The notes under the pieces: generated by a model
What the model saw: only the letters and a program-made list of their open reading frames with translations
Databases searched by the model: none
What the model was told of the DNA's origin: nothing
In this document: positions 26,343-39,207 of the stretch, in pieces
How the letters are laid out: the number at the start of each line of letters is the position of its first letter
How positions within the stretch are numbered: the stretch's first letter is position 1
Translations under genes and position numbers: made by a program
From: Haliotis rubra
Taxonomy: Eukaryota
Direction of reading: 5' to 3'
DNA: 64,000 nucleotides
Assembly: GCF_003918875.1 (NCBI RefSeq)
Contig: NW_025766103.1
Coordinates: forward strand, 868,001-932,000

Positions 26343-28821
26343 TTTGTGTGTAATCCCTTGATTGTCTAACGATGTGATTTAGAACATATCGCGAAAGTTA
26401 AACTGTAGGCATTGCTTGGTGTCCTGCTGTATGTGTGGGAGAAATACCCTTGTTATAATGAGTGTTGCAAGTCTGGAAAGTCTCCCATGACTCATATGGT
26501 CTGTCGGCGATATTTCCTAGCGAGACAACTCAGGCCTGGGGGTATTTATTTAACTGGTGTTGATGGACCTTAGTGTCGTATACCAAATTAACAAACTCAG
26601 AATTTTTGCAAAACCTGCCTGTTGGCTATTTTGTATTGGTCTCCAGACGTCGCACAGCAGAAGAGATAAATAACTCTCACTGTTGTTATAAAACGACAAA
26701 TCATAAGCTCACGCTCAATCCAGATATGACGAAAACGTTTCAACTCATGACCTCTGTCCAATCTCTTTAAAGCCTTATTAAACTGTTTACCTTGTATAAG
26801 GTTATGGCTGTTCACATCAGGGAATGAGTTTAGTTTTATGATCAAATACAATTTAACATAAGATTTAATGAAAACGAAGAGTCCATCGGCTAGGTTATAG
26901 AAACACCGCAAACACCTGAAGACATAGGTGACCCTGAAATACAGTTATGAAAGTCAAAGGACAAACTAAACATAATATATACGCAAGAACGTGTGGTCAC
27001 TTGCTACCGAATTGATTATGTCATTGTTGGAATCAAACCGCAATAATTACCTACCACATTAGCCAAGGCAATATTTTTCAGTGTGTCATCCATACTCTTA
27101 TATCATCCATGGGCAGGAGGTGCCTTGTAGTGCTTAACGTTAACGGTGGACAAGTAAAACATATTAAGATCGCAAGACCTCGAGCTTTGTCATTTCCTGT
27201 GCAATGCTTTATACAGGACACCTGGCCGCTGTTATCCTTAATAAAATATGTTATCACTTATCAAGTGTTCATCTATGTAGTAAATCTATGTTGGTTACTT
27301 TCAGGGTTTATACTTTTCTTCTTTCAGGGTAATTTAAATTGCGATTTCTGTCTTGTTAACGTGAAATTTAATGACAGTACTTATTTGTTGATGATTATAT
27401 TGACGACGAAGAGACAATAGTTCACCCTGTTTTTCAGACAGTCTCAGTTCTTCTGGACAAATATGGTTGTATGCTTTTAATTATGACATAAGACTTATCA
27501 TCCCATGAGTCAATGTTCATAGAAGGTACTTAATGCTAAATCAGACTTGGAGGAGTGCTATCCGGCACCCATCACAAAGACATGCAAAGACAAGATAAGA
27601 GTTCACTCAATACAATACAATACAAAAATAAATCCACCAAACAAACAGAATATAACACGGGAACATACGCCCATGGAATCATTTTCATACTGATGCATCA
27701 GATTTGGAAAACCTTCCATCTATTTGAAAGCTTTGCTGAAACCATAAATGTGATAACTGATGTAATACCTCTTGAGTAAGACTATGTATAATCCCAATAG
27801 ACAGAATTGTACATATCGCCGTAAGATTGGAAACCGTATATACATCTCAACATATCATGTGTCATGATTTCTACGACGTAGACACTGCTATCCCACTGAT
27901 TCATTTATCAAAGATAACGTGTTCATGCGACTTCGAATTACTTGAGTTTAAAGAGCTGTTGGTTAAACCTGAAATGGTTTCACGTCTGTGCTTTGGTTGC
28001 AACATGACAACACCCTCACACTATGTAGCATAACAAGACTTACTTAACTGAATGACTAATGAATGTGCGTTAAGATTAAAGTAACTACTTCCGGAACTAT
28101 AAACTGCTAAGCCCTTCACCACTTCGACCATTGACCTCGCTGTTACACTCTGAACTCCGCCCCCGTTTATAAGGGAGAAAGATCACACGAGGTTATCGCA
28201 AATCAAGACACTAGCACAAGTTATCGCATCTTTTAATTTGTCTGCAGTCAGAGCTGGTATTTACGAGTCTCTGGCTACCAAGGTGCTCGGCAAGGTGCGT
28301 CGCTGCAGGCAACTTCCGACACCAATTTGCGCACAACATGAAGCCAATTTCTGATTTGTCTGGTTCTCCGACCCCTTAATATGGTCAGTGTGGTGGCGAG
28401 CCGGCTCATGTCAGTTATAGCTGACCGTCTTTGATCAGCGGAGTGGGAAGTGGGATTTATGCATCGTGCTGAAGTACACTTGGAGGTCACACAGTTATAA
28501 GCCCATATCCTGTCTGTGGTAGTTGCGGAGATACTTTCAAAGTGCTTGTTCCATGATGCTTTAAGATGGGATACCTGCTGCTTCATACCAATCACCAGAA
28601 CATACATGAGTAATACACTTTCAAAATACACCTGGTGGTTACAGAACCATACATAACGAAATTATCTTGCGATGAGTTAAATTATGGAGCTTATGAAAAC
28701 TGTAAGGGCTAAACATTTCTACTTGGTATGCATTTTCAAAAAGGCGCTTTTCACATGGTCGCGCTGTGAATGATAATGTTAACTTTTTAGCAATTTTAAC
28801 ACAGCATTATATGGTTAACAT

Positions 28822-28936
28822 GAGTGAGTGAGTTTAGTTTTACGCCGCACTCCGCAATATTCCAGCTATATAGCGGCGGTCTGTAGAGAGTGAGTTAAGA
28901 TTTTAAGTCACATCGGCAGTATTTCAGCCATATCGT
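28822..28936 (-). mobile_element. Stacked SINE tail and LINE tail fragments
   Basis: gagtgagtttagttttacgccgcactccgcaatattccagct (SINE 3' end) followed by gagtgagttaagattttaagtcacatcggc (LINE 3' end). Confidence 0.75.
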
Positions 28937-30988
28937 GAGTGAGTGAGTGAGTTGATATTTAACGTCACATCGGCAATATCTCAGCCATATCGTGACGAAA
29001 ACAATTTATATAATACAAAAATGAAAACATTGTGAAGAGTGAAACCTGTCGACGATGGACAGTAAAAATACTAGAGTACCACATATATGTATATAAAATT
29101 TGCATGTCAAACTAAAACAGTGTAATTAAAGAAGACAATACAATATAAAACAAGAGCTATAGATCGCCAACATCTGAAGGTAGCCAGATCACCATACTAG
29201 GAACATTACTTTTGCTACCTGCATGGAGCCTAGCTGGAGTTACACCATCCCTTCAGCCGCTGGCGATTGTAGGATAATTTAGACGAAATTTAAAAAACAA
29301 AACATACTACGTTTAAAACTTGGTACGTGAAAATTTTACTTTGAAAGTTTTAGGGACTTGCGTACCCTCTCAGGAGGACAATAATTTTACGCTACTTGAA
29401 ACCCCTTTCAGGATACAGTCACTAACAATCTAAGTTGATGATCTGAACTACCAATTATAAAACTTGATCTATTTACAAAACATATATCAAACTTCATTTA
29501 ACAAATCTATCTCTTTTAAAAAATCAATGATTAAATGATAATTAACTTTAATAAAAAGGTACGGAAGCGTAGCAGTGCCACGGTGAAAATTTTTTTGGTC
29601 TTACTATCTCCAACGTAGTACTTAATATCTCCTACGTAGGACTTAGTATCTCCTACGTAGGACTTAATATCTCCTACGTAGGACTTAACATCTCCTACGT
29701 AGGACTTAGCATCTCCTACGTAGGACATAGTATCTCCTACGTAGGACTTAGTATATCCTACGTAGGAGTTAGTATCTCCTACGTAGGACTTAGCATCTCC
29801 TACGTAGGACTTACTATCTCCTACGTAGGAGTTAATATTTCCCGTAGGAGATGATCGATATACGTTTATATGGATTAATCTGAAACGGTCGACTTAAAGC
29901 CCCAGCCACGCACACAATCTCCTGTTTCACTGTTTCAGTCACTGTAAGAGTCTACAGTCATTCGTTTCATTCACTATTAGAGTCTACTATCATGTGTTTC
30001 ATTTACTGTTAGAGTCTACTATCATGTGTTTCAATTTACTATTAGAGTCTACTGTTTCCTTCACTATTAGAGTCATGTGTTCAACTAATTGTTGCACATT
30101 AGTACTGTGTTGGACCGACTGTTATACTTTACTGACTTGCGTTCAGTTTGCTCTACTATTACGCGTTGCAGTTAGTTCATTGTTATATGTTGCACTTTGT
30201 TACACTTTACTATTATGCTTTGGATATTTCAGAGGTCGTTGCACATAAATCATAAATTGCTTGTACAGACGAGTCTTAGACTATAGGTGGCAATCTATGT
30301 GCAAGTATCCCCTTATATTTATACACATAACTATAATGACAATTCTTTGCCTTTTTGAATTTCGTATTGTTTTACGCCGCACTCAACACTTGTCCATCCC
30401 AGTCAAGTCAACCTGTAAACAATTACGAATAAAACCGCAAACGAGCGTTGCATCCGATCCAACCTAGCCCTATAAAGACAAGCAACAACTTGCGGAGGTC
30501 GTGTTATGACCCGAGTTTCATATCAAAACCTCACCCCAGCCATCCCAACCACTTCTGTGTGTGTGTGTGTGTGTGCGCGTGTGTGTGAATAGATGTATGT
30601 ATGATAGATTAAACATAACCATACCCAAACCTCCATAACTGCAATTAGAACAGGGTCCACGTCACCCTAACGTAATACATACACAATAACACTGTATAGT
30701 AACACTGCGTTAGTGTCATGAATATTCACTGACTCACATTTCGACTATCTAACGTCCTGCTTAGCCAAACATTTCTCAACTTAATAACCATCCTTAAAAA
30801 AGGAGATAGTAAGTCCTACGTAGGAGATACTAAGTCCTACGTAGGAGATACTAAGTCCTACGTAGGAGATACTTAGTCCTACGTAGGAGATAGTGACCCC
30901 CCCAAATTTTTTTACCGTGGCCCTACTACGCTTCCGTAAAAAGGTCCTTTACTGTTCTGATATTGAAATATTTATCTCTTACGATGGT
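28937..30988 (-). mobile_element. I-group LINE 3' fragment (~650 bp) split by a MITE
   Basis: 29160-29559 matches 58061-58475 and 30939-30988 matches 58470-58520; (GAGT)n tail at 28937. Confidence 0.9.
29560..30938. mobile_element. Non-autonomous DNA transposon, IS3EU-like, with subterminal 21-bp arrays
   Basis: ~30-bp TIRs TACGGAAGCGTAG..GCCACGGT; 6-bp TSD AAAAGG; ~11 left and 4 right copies of ATCTCCTACGTAGGACTTAGT. TAYGG termini plus a 6-bp TSD fit IS3EU as I recall it. Confidence 0.85.
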
Positions 30989-31708
30989 GGTCAACATGAT
31001 GCATTGTCGAACGTTTTCTAATTTTGACACTTGTCTTGTAAAGGGGGACCAAGGAACAGTCGTCTTTCAAGGATGAGTCGAGCAGAGGTTATTGCGTCAC
31101 ACGTCCCTAAAACTGATGCTTTAAAGATCGATTAAAACATTGAATGGTTTGAGCTGGTACGTATCGTGACACCCAAAGCCATGGGTATTGATCGTGCTAT
31201 CGACCAGTTGTTTGACCTGTCTAAACTCGATTATTTTCTGATAAACGTGAAACACCTGGAACATTAACACGCCATGCAACAACTAACAGACACTCCCGGC
31301 CCAACTTTCAGTATCAAGGTTGGTCATCATTTATGCTCCGTCCAGTCTGCTCTGGGCAATCATCTGGTGGTAAGGGACACTTCAATAGTTACAAGGAAAT
31401 AAGGAAAGTGTACCCAATCATTGTGTCACTGAGGGCCTTGGGGTCGAGATAGTAACTTTCTGATCTACTGCATCTGTCACGCTGAATCCCAGGAGACCCA
31501 CTGCTGCATTGCCATTACTGCTGAGGCTTTGGCGGACAGCATTTTATCAACTTTATCGATAATGTGGTCATTTGTCTTAAATGGTTATTGACACTCCACT
31601 CGTAAGGCCGTGGTGTTTATCGTTTGTTTATGTAGTGCTCGCCAGCATGGTTTGTTTTTGCTTCGACACTGCAATGTGTTAACTACGTCGTAGCATCGTT
31701 CGTGCACT

Positions 31709-32175
31709 CACACCCTCAAAGGGGGTTGACGTAGCGTAAAATTATTGTCCTCCTGAGAGGGTACGTAAGTTCCAAAACTTTCAAAGTAAAATGTAAACTT
31801 ACCATATTTTAAACGTAGTATCTTTGTTCTTTTAACTGCCGGCTAAATTTTCCTACAATCGCCAGCGGCTGAAGGGATGAACTAGGGTCCATGCAGGTAG
31901 CAAAAGTAATGTAAGTTCCCATGGTTCCTAGTATGGTGATCTACCTTCAGTTGTTGGCGATCTATAGCCCGTGTTTTAAACTGTATTGTCCTCTTTAATT
32001 GAAATGTTTAGCTTTGCTCGCTAGTTTTATTCATATCTGTGATTCTCTAGTTTTTTACTGTCCATCGTCGATAGGTTTAATCTTCAAAATGTTTTCTCTT
32101 TATATTGTATAAATTGTTTTCGTCACGATATGGCTGAGATATTGCCGATGTGACGTTAAATATTAACTCACTCAC
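31709..32175 (+). mobile_element. I-group LINE 3' fragment
   Basis: Matches revcomp of 58061-58320 plus the tail; 9-bp TSD TCGTGCACT (31700-31708/32176-32184). Confidence 0.92.
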
Positions 32176-33699
32176 TCGTGCACTAACTCATACCAGTATT
32201 TGACATTCATATTTCAATATATGTTCTATTTGACATTACACCGTTAAGGCTGTTTAAATCTTTAAGAACGTTTTACAGTTTAGTATTTTGTTGGGTTCTA
32301 TTCAATACCGGAATCTTACCCTCACCCTACGAAACCCCAAACTGAATTTAATATGCAATTATTCACAGAGTATTGTCATTTACATGGATTGTTCGAAACA
32401 TCCACACTCTCATCTATGTGAGTAGAATACAATGAAATGCAGTCGTGTCTGATACTTCGTCTGATAAACCTCGTTATAGCCACAATAACTCGTTGAGCTA
32501 GTGGCTGCAAGAATTGTATCATCTCTTGAGATTGATAATACGATGTGCGATTGAGATTGACATCCAATGATCAAGGGAAAAATATCAGCGCCTTGAGCAA
32601 GCACTAGTTGCCTGGATATGTGCGCTATATTTCCTATAAAAATTAATAATACTTATAGCACTCTACTGTGCGTCGTCTTGGTTAAACAATCATCTTTAAC
32701 TGGGAGCACAAGTTTGGATATTTAGCTTATATCAAGAGAACTTTGGTTTGCTTGATGCGTTATATATTTGACTGGTCAGTCACAATACCCGCAGATGCGG
32801 CTCGAACTATATGTCCATGCGAAGCAAAAATACCTCCACAGGAATGAAATACTTCACGGAAGTGATGACAAAATGTTCTATGATGAGATACCTCTGTCGA
32901 GAAGAGATGATACGTATAAGTCAAAAGCAGGCTGCTCTAATGTTAAATAATGGCCAATGGTGAAATTGTATTGTGGTCCTAAATGTTGATGTTGATCTGT
33001 GTGGACTTCCAGGTGAATTACCTTTACTCTGACAGTGTTACCCAGGCGTGAGGAAGGGCTTTACATACAATAAAGTGGAAGATTTCCTCGCCTTTGTCTT
33101 GAAGGTGTCACATGAATAACTGATAATCTTTACCTGCTCAACCATGCGGCGCTGGGCTGTTGTTGCTTGAGTGAAGGGCAGCAGTCTGTGATACATTCTA
33201 AACGCATCTGCTACATTTTTGTTTTTAGGGGCATGCTTATCCATCCATCAGCGATTATACAGTTGCTTTGAAGTGGTGCACTTAGTGACAACGTCAAGTG
33301 ACTCACTTGGTCTTCATGCGTGCCAGATTCATATGAAAAGCAGATTCGTCCTGAGCAGACCCTGGCTTGGCAGCACGATGATCTTCACCAAAGGTGTGAA
33401 CGTCGACAATTTGTATCAACTGGGACTTTACATCTGCATTAACCTGTTGTACCGTAATTATATTAAATGCCGTCATCATTAAACCAAAACATTTACTTGT
33501 TCAAGTCAATGTGTTTTCATACACTACTGCTGTGGTTGTCTGAATCTTCGTTAAAAGAAGTGGTACTGAAGCGTTCATCCATCTCAACACCCACATGTAT
33601 AAAGGGCAAGGAATTGCTCCATAGTCATTGTAAATAGTGACATATGTGTAAAGGACATGATTTCAACATCACGGTAATTATAACCTGTGTTTTAATATG

Positions 33700-33865
33700 T
33701 TAAAACTCTACATGTGTTAAGATGTTAAGAGCATGCTTCTGACTACTCGCTTTCCTCGTAGGAAGTGTAACACCTGTGTTAAAAGTGTGCCTATGACTAC
33801 TCGCGTACCTCGTAGGAAGTGTAACCCCTGTATTAAAGGCGTGCTCCTGCCTATTCGCGTATCTC
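33700..33865. repeat. 54-bp minisatellite, ~3 units
   Basis: gactactcgc..cctcgtaggaagtgtaac at 33741 and 33795, plus partial units. Confidence 0.85.
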
Positions 33866-34742
33866 AGTCATTGTCACGCCTGTGTCAAGTTCATACACAA
33901 GACAAAAATGGTGATTTCCAAAAATTTCCAATTTGGAAATATCATATTTCCAAACATTTCCAAACTTAGAAAGATGATGTTTCCAGGGCTTGGAAATGTT
34001 TGGAAATTTAGGAAGGATTTTACCACTACTTCTTTCAATTTCTCCTTTTCCCCAAGGATCCCCGGCCCATGAGTGTAGTGTTACCATGAATTGTTATCAA
34101 GGAGACACATTCGAATATTTCTACTGTCTACTTCTACTTGTATTTTGTATTCATATTTCAATCTGAAAGACATTACCGCTTTCCAGGTTTAGTCTACCAA
34201 AGCAATCACAAACATGAGAACATAATGATTATCATTTATGCAGCTCGTCACATTTCAGCACATTAACAGTAGCTGTCATTAAATGAAGTTGATCATGCTG
34301 AGCAGGGTATCAATTGCTAAGTGACTGTATTTTGAGCAATCTGGAACATTGCAAATTTCAATTTCAGTGAATAAATTACAATTGTCATTTCAAAAGCGAT
34401 ATCCTAGACTTTATGTCCTATCGACGTCTTAGTCTAATTAACAGTGTAGATACAACATACCTAATTAAATCCATGCAATAAATGTGAAGGGTAACAGATT
34501 ATGGATATGTTTATGGTCTTGAATGGGATCCTCAAATGAGATATCATCTTAGAAAGTATATATAATGTGTACTTAAATGCAGCCTGCAAGCATGGACAGT
34601 ATTATGTGAAATACACGCAAACAGGTGAACTTTTCAGCCCCTCTATCCTCCATCGTCAGTGTTAGGCTTGATGTGATCTTCATATTGTCTCAATATGATT
34701 TGTGGTGTTGTCAGTGTTTGGAAAATGTAATGTGTATTTAGT

Positions 34743-35012
34743 GAATAAGTGAGTGAGTTAAAATTTAAAGTAACATCGGCAATTTTGCAGCCATATCGTG
34801 ACTAAAACTAGTTCTAAATTTATAATACAAACAGATAATATATAAAACCCTGTCAACGAAGGACAGTAAAACCACTAGAGTATCACAAAATGAGTTAAAA
34901 CTAGCTAGCATATATCTTTAAAAGTACAAAACTATTTTTTTGGACAATACAATGTAAAAATGGGCTATACATCGCCAACAACTGAAGGTAGATCACCATA
35001 CTAGGAACCGTG
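34743..35012 (-). mobile_element. I-group LINE 3' fragment
   Basis: Same 3' UTR; 11-bp TSD GTGTATTTAGT (34732-34742/35013-35023). Confidence 0.9.
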
Positions 35013-35049
35013 GTGTATTTAGTATGCGTGATGTAGTTTGTGTTAAATG

Positions 35050-35259
35050 CGTACTAGTTGTAAATTAAGAGCTGTGATATTCTAGTAGTTTTACTGTCCT
35101 TTGATGACAGGTTTTTAATTATCAATAAAAATCAATTTATTGTTTTTATATTCATATAAATTAAATTGTTCTCGTCACGATATAGCTGAGATATTGCTGA
35201 GACGTTAAATGTTAATTCACTCACTCACTCACTTATTCACTCACTCACTCACTCACTCA
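35050..35259 (+). mobile_element. I-group LINE 3' fragment
   Basis: ttttactgtcc..cgtcacgatatagctgagatattgc..(TCAC)n. Confidence 0.85.
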
Positions 35260-37309
35260 TTATGGGGACGCAGAAGGGTCCCTCACATAAGGCTATATGG
35301 ATATTCCAATTTAAAGAGTTTCACTAACGTTTATTTTACGATGGCTGTAACGTAATCAACTACATATATGCATATATTCTGCAGTTACCTCGGTCTCATT
35401 TCTTGTGTGTTGTTGGCAATGTTTATTTATCTTATTACGATAATTATGAGGGTGTGGCTTAATACCGCTTTCAGAGTATTATACTGAAGCGTCTGTCAGT
35501 GACAGCTGACGTAGTAGTCCACTGCCAAGTAATGCGTAAGCTGCTGCATGGCTCAAAGGGGGCCATGGCGTATTGTGTCCATTGGTGCTCACATGAAACG
35601 GTATTGTAGAAAGATTCGATGAACATAGACATATGTTATGGCTCAATGTGTTGTGGACGTTTAGTGTCCTTTGGTATCACATGAACACGGGTTTTCGGAA
35701 TGACCAGATGAACACAGATATATATTTTGAGCTCACGTAAGCTGAGGTATGCATACAGTAAAGGCTCGTTATGCCTAGAGTTTGCCATGAACCCGTTACC
35801 TTATGTAGAGACACCAAGGGGAGAGGTAGGAGTTAAGTGAGTCCCTTGAACTTGCCACAGAGTAGATCGAATACGGATATATATCTGATCCCTATTTCGG
35901 GAATGCTAACTGAAGAATGTCAAGAAGATTCCGACTCAATTATTCGCCTTACTGAAGAGCTGGTTTCCTTACGGTTTGGGGATAAGCTTTCATTCGCGTC
36001 AGCATTGTGGCTTCATGAAATAAATAAATCTGTTTAGCTTGACACTAAATTATCTCTTCTCTACGAAAGCTCTCACAGGAGACCCTTAAATAATCATCTT
36101 GAGAATCACGCGATCTCTTTAGTAGGACCACAGTCACTATTTTCGGATAGACAACATAACGATTGGTCTCGTGATGTTGATCTGATTAAAGCCTTATAGA
36201 TTAATGTGCCAAGTCAGTTCACCTAGCGTAGATTTGTAAGCCAATTCTGACTTGTCAGTATTGTTCACACAATGTCTGAGTCGTTTATATCTAACATGTA
36301 ACTGCTTGATCGCATATAGCTGTGTGATCTTGGACCATCACGAATACAGTCAAACGAAATTAAATAGTACAGCATCTGATATATAGCCATTTACATGTTA
36401 AGCAAGCTTGTATCAAGATACATATCTAAGTACAATAGCTGAAGTACATTGCGTCAAATAATATAGCTCTTAAGCAGCGACATGAACACGTGTGTCTTAA
36501 CCACTTGTTATTTTAATCTCCGTAATACCTAGCACCATTTTTAACGTCTCTTGTATGACGCGGCTGTGAGTTCTAACCAACAACCTTCCCCTCTGGGCAC
36601 AGCTGCTCTATCTACTACGGCACAGATGCAAAAACACTAAGGGTAGATGCCACTTCGATAGATATGCATATACTTAGATCAAATGTGTTTTTGTTCGAAC
36701 TTTACAAGTAGACAATGAACAGGACATATGTAACACTTAATTTGTAATGCATACACATGGAAATGCGCATGGACATGCACCTTGACCTTACTTCAAGACT
36801 TCGAGTAGCAATAGGTCATGTTGCCTTGGCTGTTCTCTTGTGTCGTGTTTGTAATCCAATGCAGATTTTACTAACACAGCTTTTCCTCTTTGTATATTTA
36901 ACACAAAGAACTGAATCAGGAATAAGAGGTCATGATGTGTCTGTATAAATGTATGCTACTTAATGCTGACTCAGTTTTAACTCCAGGCCTCTCATTGTAA
37001 TAAGGTGTATTAAAATAATTAAAACGTACGCTTCTTAATGCGGATACAGTTTGAGCCCCACGCAGAGACTGCTCATGGTTATAAGGTAAAGCGTATTTCA
37101 CAGGTCTCGGTTGAGCAATACATGCAACGAAGTGGCTGGCATTTTTGAAACGTACGCAAGGCAGATGAATATACAGACATTAACCACTTGCTGTCAGAGG
37201 GTTAGTTGCTGTGGAAATTACCAACAGATAAACACTCAAAAAGGATTAATTAATATAACAAGCGTTTCAAAGAAAATGTGTATCACATACGTATCTCTTG
37301 TATATGTTT

Positions 37310-37480
37310 GTTTGATGTAACGTTTGGAGGTATATGCCGGCAGTTGGTAAATATCTGAGACAGGACTAAACATTTCAGTGTTTGGCATCAGGAGCGTCGA
37401 TCTACGCAATTTAAGTAAGATTACATGTATCAGTCAAGTGAGCAAGCCTGAACACCCAGTCCTTTAGTCGCATCATCATT
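37310..37480 (-). mobile_element. Degenerate Meta-domain-like SINE
   Basis: gagcgtcgatctacgcaattt and ttagtcgc match revcomp of 40480-40550. Confidence 0.6.
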
Positions 37481-38864
37481 TAATGAAGATAATAGTGATG
37501 TACATTGGCGTGACATCAAGATCCAATTCACTGACACCTTTGTGAGACTGAAAGTGGGTATGAGTGTACGCATTAATGTAGCCGTTGTTAAATAGGAAGC
37601 AAGAATATGCTGGTTTTGAAACCTCATCTGTCATGAATGAAACAGTTCACCTTGCATCTTCTGAAGCTCTTGGCAAGGTATCCTATGTTACTGACGACGA
37701 CATGAGGCTAACGTGTCCCTTTCGGTGACGTTTACAGCGTTGTGTATTGCAGCTGACTTATTGATAACGGAAGTAAAGGGAGACGGCTTAAAGGACGTCC
37801 AGTAGACGTCCCCATCCTTGGTATCTAGTAACTATAGAGACATGCATACCACAAAAGACCCAATTGAAAGATTTCTCCATTAATACCAGCAAATTGGGGC
37901 AATTATATCATGTAGTTCGTCCCCAGACGGCATAGAGTTCTTTTGTGATGTATACAAGGGAAATCGAATTTGTCAGACACTATGAGGTCCAATTTCAGGG
38001 TTGGACATACTGTCCTGCTGTGTCTGCCCGTCTCCTTGTATACGCCCATGTGGCTTCTTAGTGTCCATGGGGCGGATAGTGAAAGGAGCTTTTATGCTGC
38101 AGTGGTGCAGAAAGGGTCTTGGTCTAGGAGTCATTAACGAAGTAGTTGTGGGGAGACTAACATACTAGCTTTATGATGAGACGTTGTCATCCAAGAATGC
38201 TGAGATATTTTTTCAGTGTCCTGTGTTGCATTGATGTCTGTATATTTGCACTTTTGCCGCTAGTTTGTGGTGAATGATAGTGTAAGTTAGATTTACGGCA
38301 ACTGAACCAATATTCCATCAATATAAATCTCACGGCCTCCCCACTGTATGTCCTTGAGGGGAATCGAACCCAGGCCTGTCAAGCCTAGTAACAAGTACCA
38401 TATCGATTCCACAAGAATACAGAAGCGCACGTAACTTGACGATATACAGATTATTCACGTGGTTCGATATTTAATGTTCATTATTGTTAACTATAATTTT
38501 ACAGCAAGGAAGATCTCTCTCTGTGAGAGGTATATCTTTGTGGCGACTTCATGTTGTGTGACTACCTCCTTGTTTAGCAAGTGGCCTGGTTGACCCCAAG
38601 AATCAATTGACACAGCCATACTGCGTAAAACAGCTTGATTCTATGTGTTTATGTTGGTCAGTCAATATGGTAATATGATATAACTTAGCGAATGACTCAG
38701 GTGTTGCTGTCCACCAGATTGCAAGTCTACGTTTCACATGATTGAAAGTACAATCGAACATAACCTCTCTTAGTTAAAAGAACATCATACGACTCCTTGT
38801 CAAATGTTGTTTGCTTTCAAAAAGTTTCATTGGAGAATCCAGTCGTCCGACTTCCATATTTGTG

Positions 38865-39207
38865 GACGTCGCAGTGACTCAGCGGGTTATATAGTTGACT
38901 GACTGACTGACTGAGTTTGGTTTTTACGCCGCTTTTAGCAATATTCCAGCAACATCACGGCGGGGGACACCAGAAATGGGCTTCACACATTGTACCCATG
39001 TGGGGATTCGAACCCGGGTCTTCGGCGTGACGAGCCAACGCTTTAACCACTAGGCTACCCCACCGCCCCCTATATAGTTGAACTTGTTTGCTGGTGATTA
39101 GGTGTCTGTCTCTGAGTGTGTGGGTTCGAATCCCGAATGAGACTCAACCTCAAAAGTACTAAAAGCTGTACTTTACTGAGAAAGTGTAATCCCAAATATA
39201 ACATATG
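38865..39207 (+). mobile_element. tRNA-Leu-like SINE interrupted by a younger SINE
   Basis: 39085-39207 aligns with 11840-11961; A-box part at 38873-38888. Confidence 0.75.
38899..39070 (-). mobile_element. tRNA-Asp-derived SINE
   Basis: Near-identical to the 51882-52052 copy; 11-bp TSD TATATAGTTGA. Confidence 0.93.

Larger units (their letters stand above)
17660..34720 (-). repeat. Copy B of the unit (right arm, inverted relative to A)
   Basis: Same anchors as copy A. Direct matches to C: 17750~46790, 18850~47950, 19100~50050, 24000~52520, 25210~53830, 26420~56280, 34290~63905. Confidence 0.9.

Noticed and set aside
29601-29850. CRISPR-like array of palindromic repeats and the SYVGD-repeat ORF (29531-29728)
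   Set aside because: No unique spacers and no cas genes; eukaryotic context; the units are head-to-tail subterminal repeats of a TIR element.
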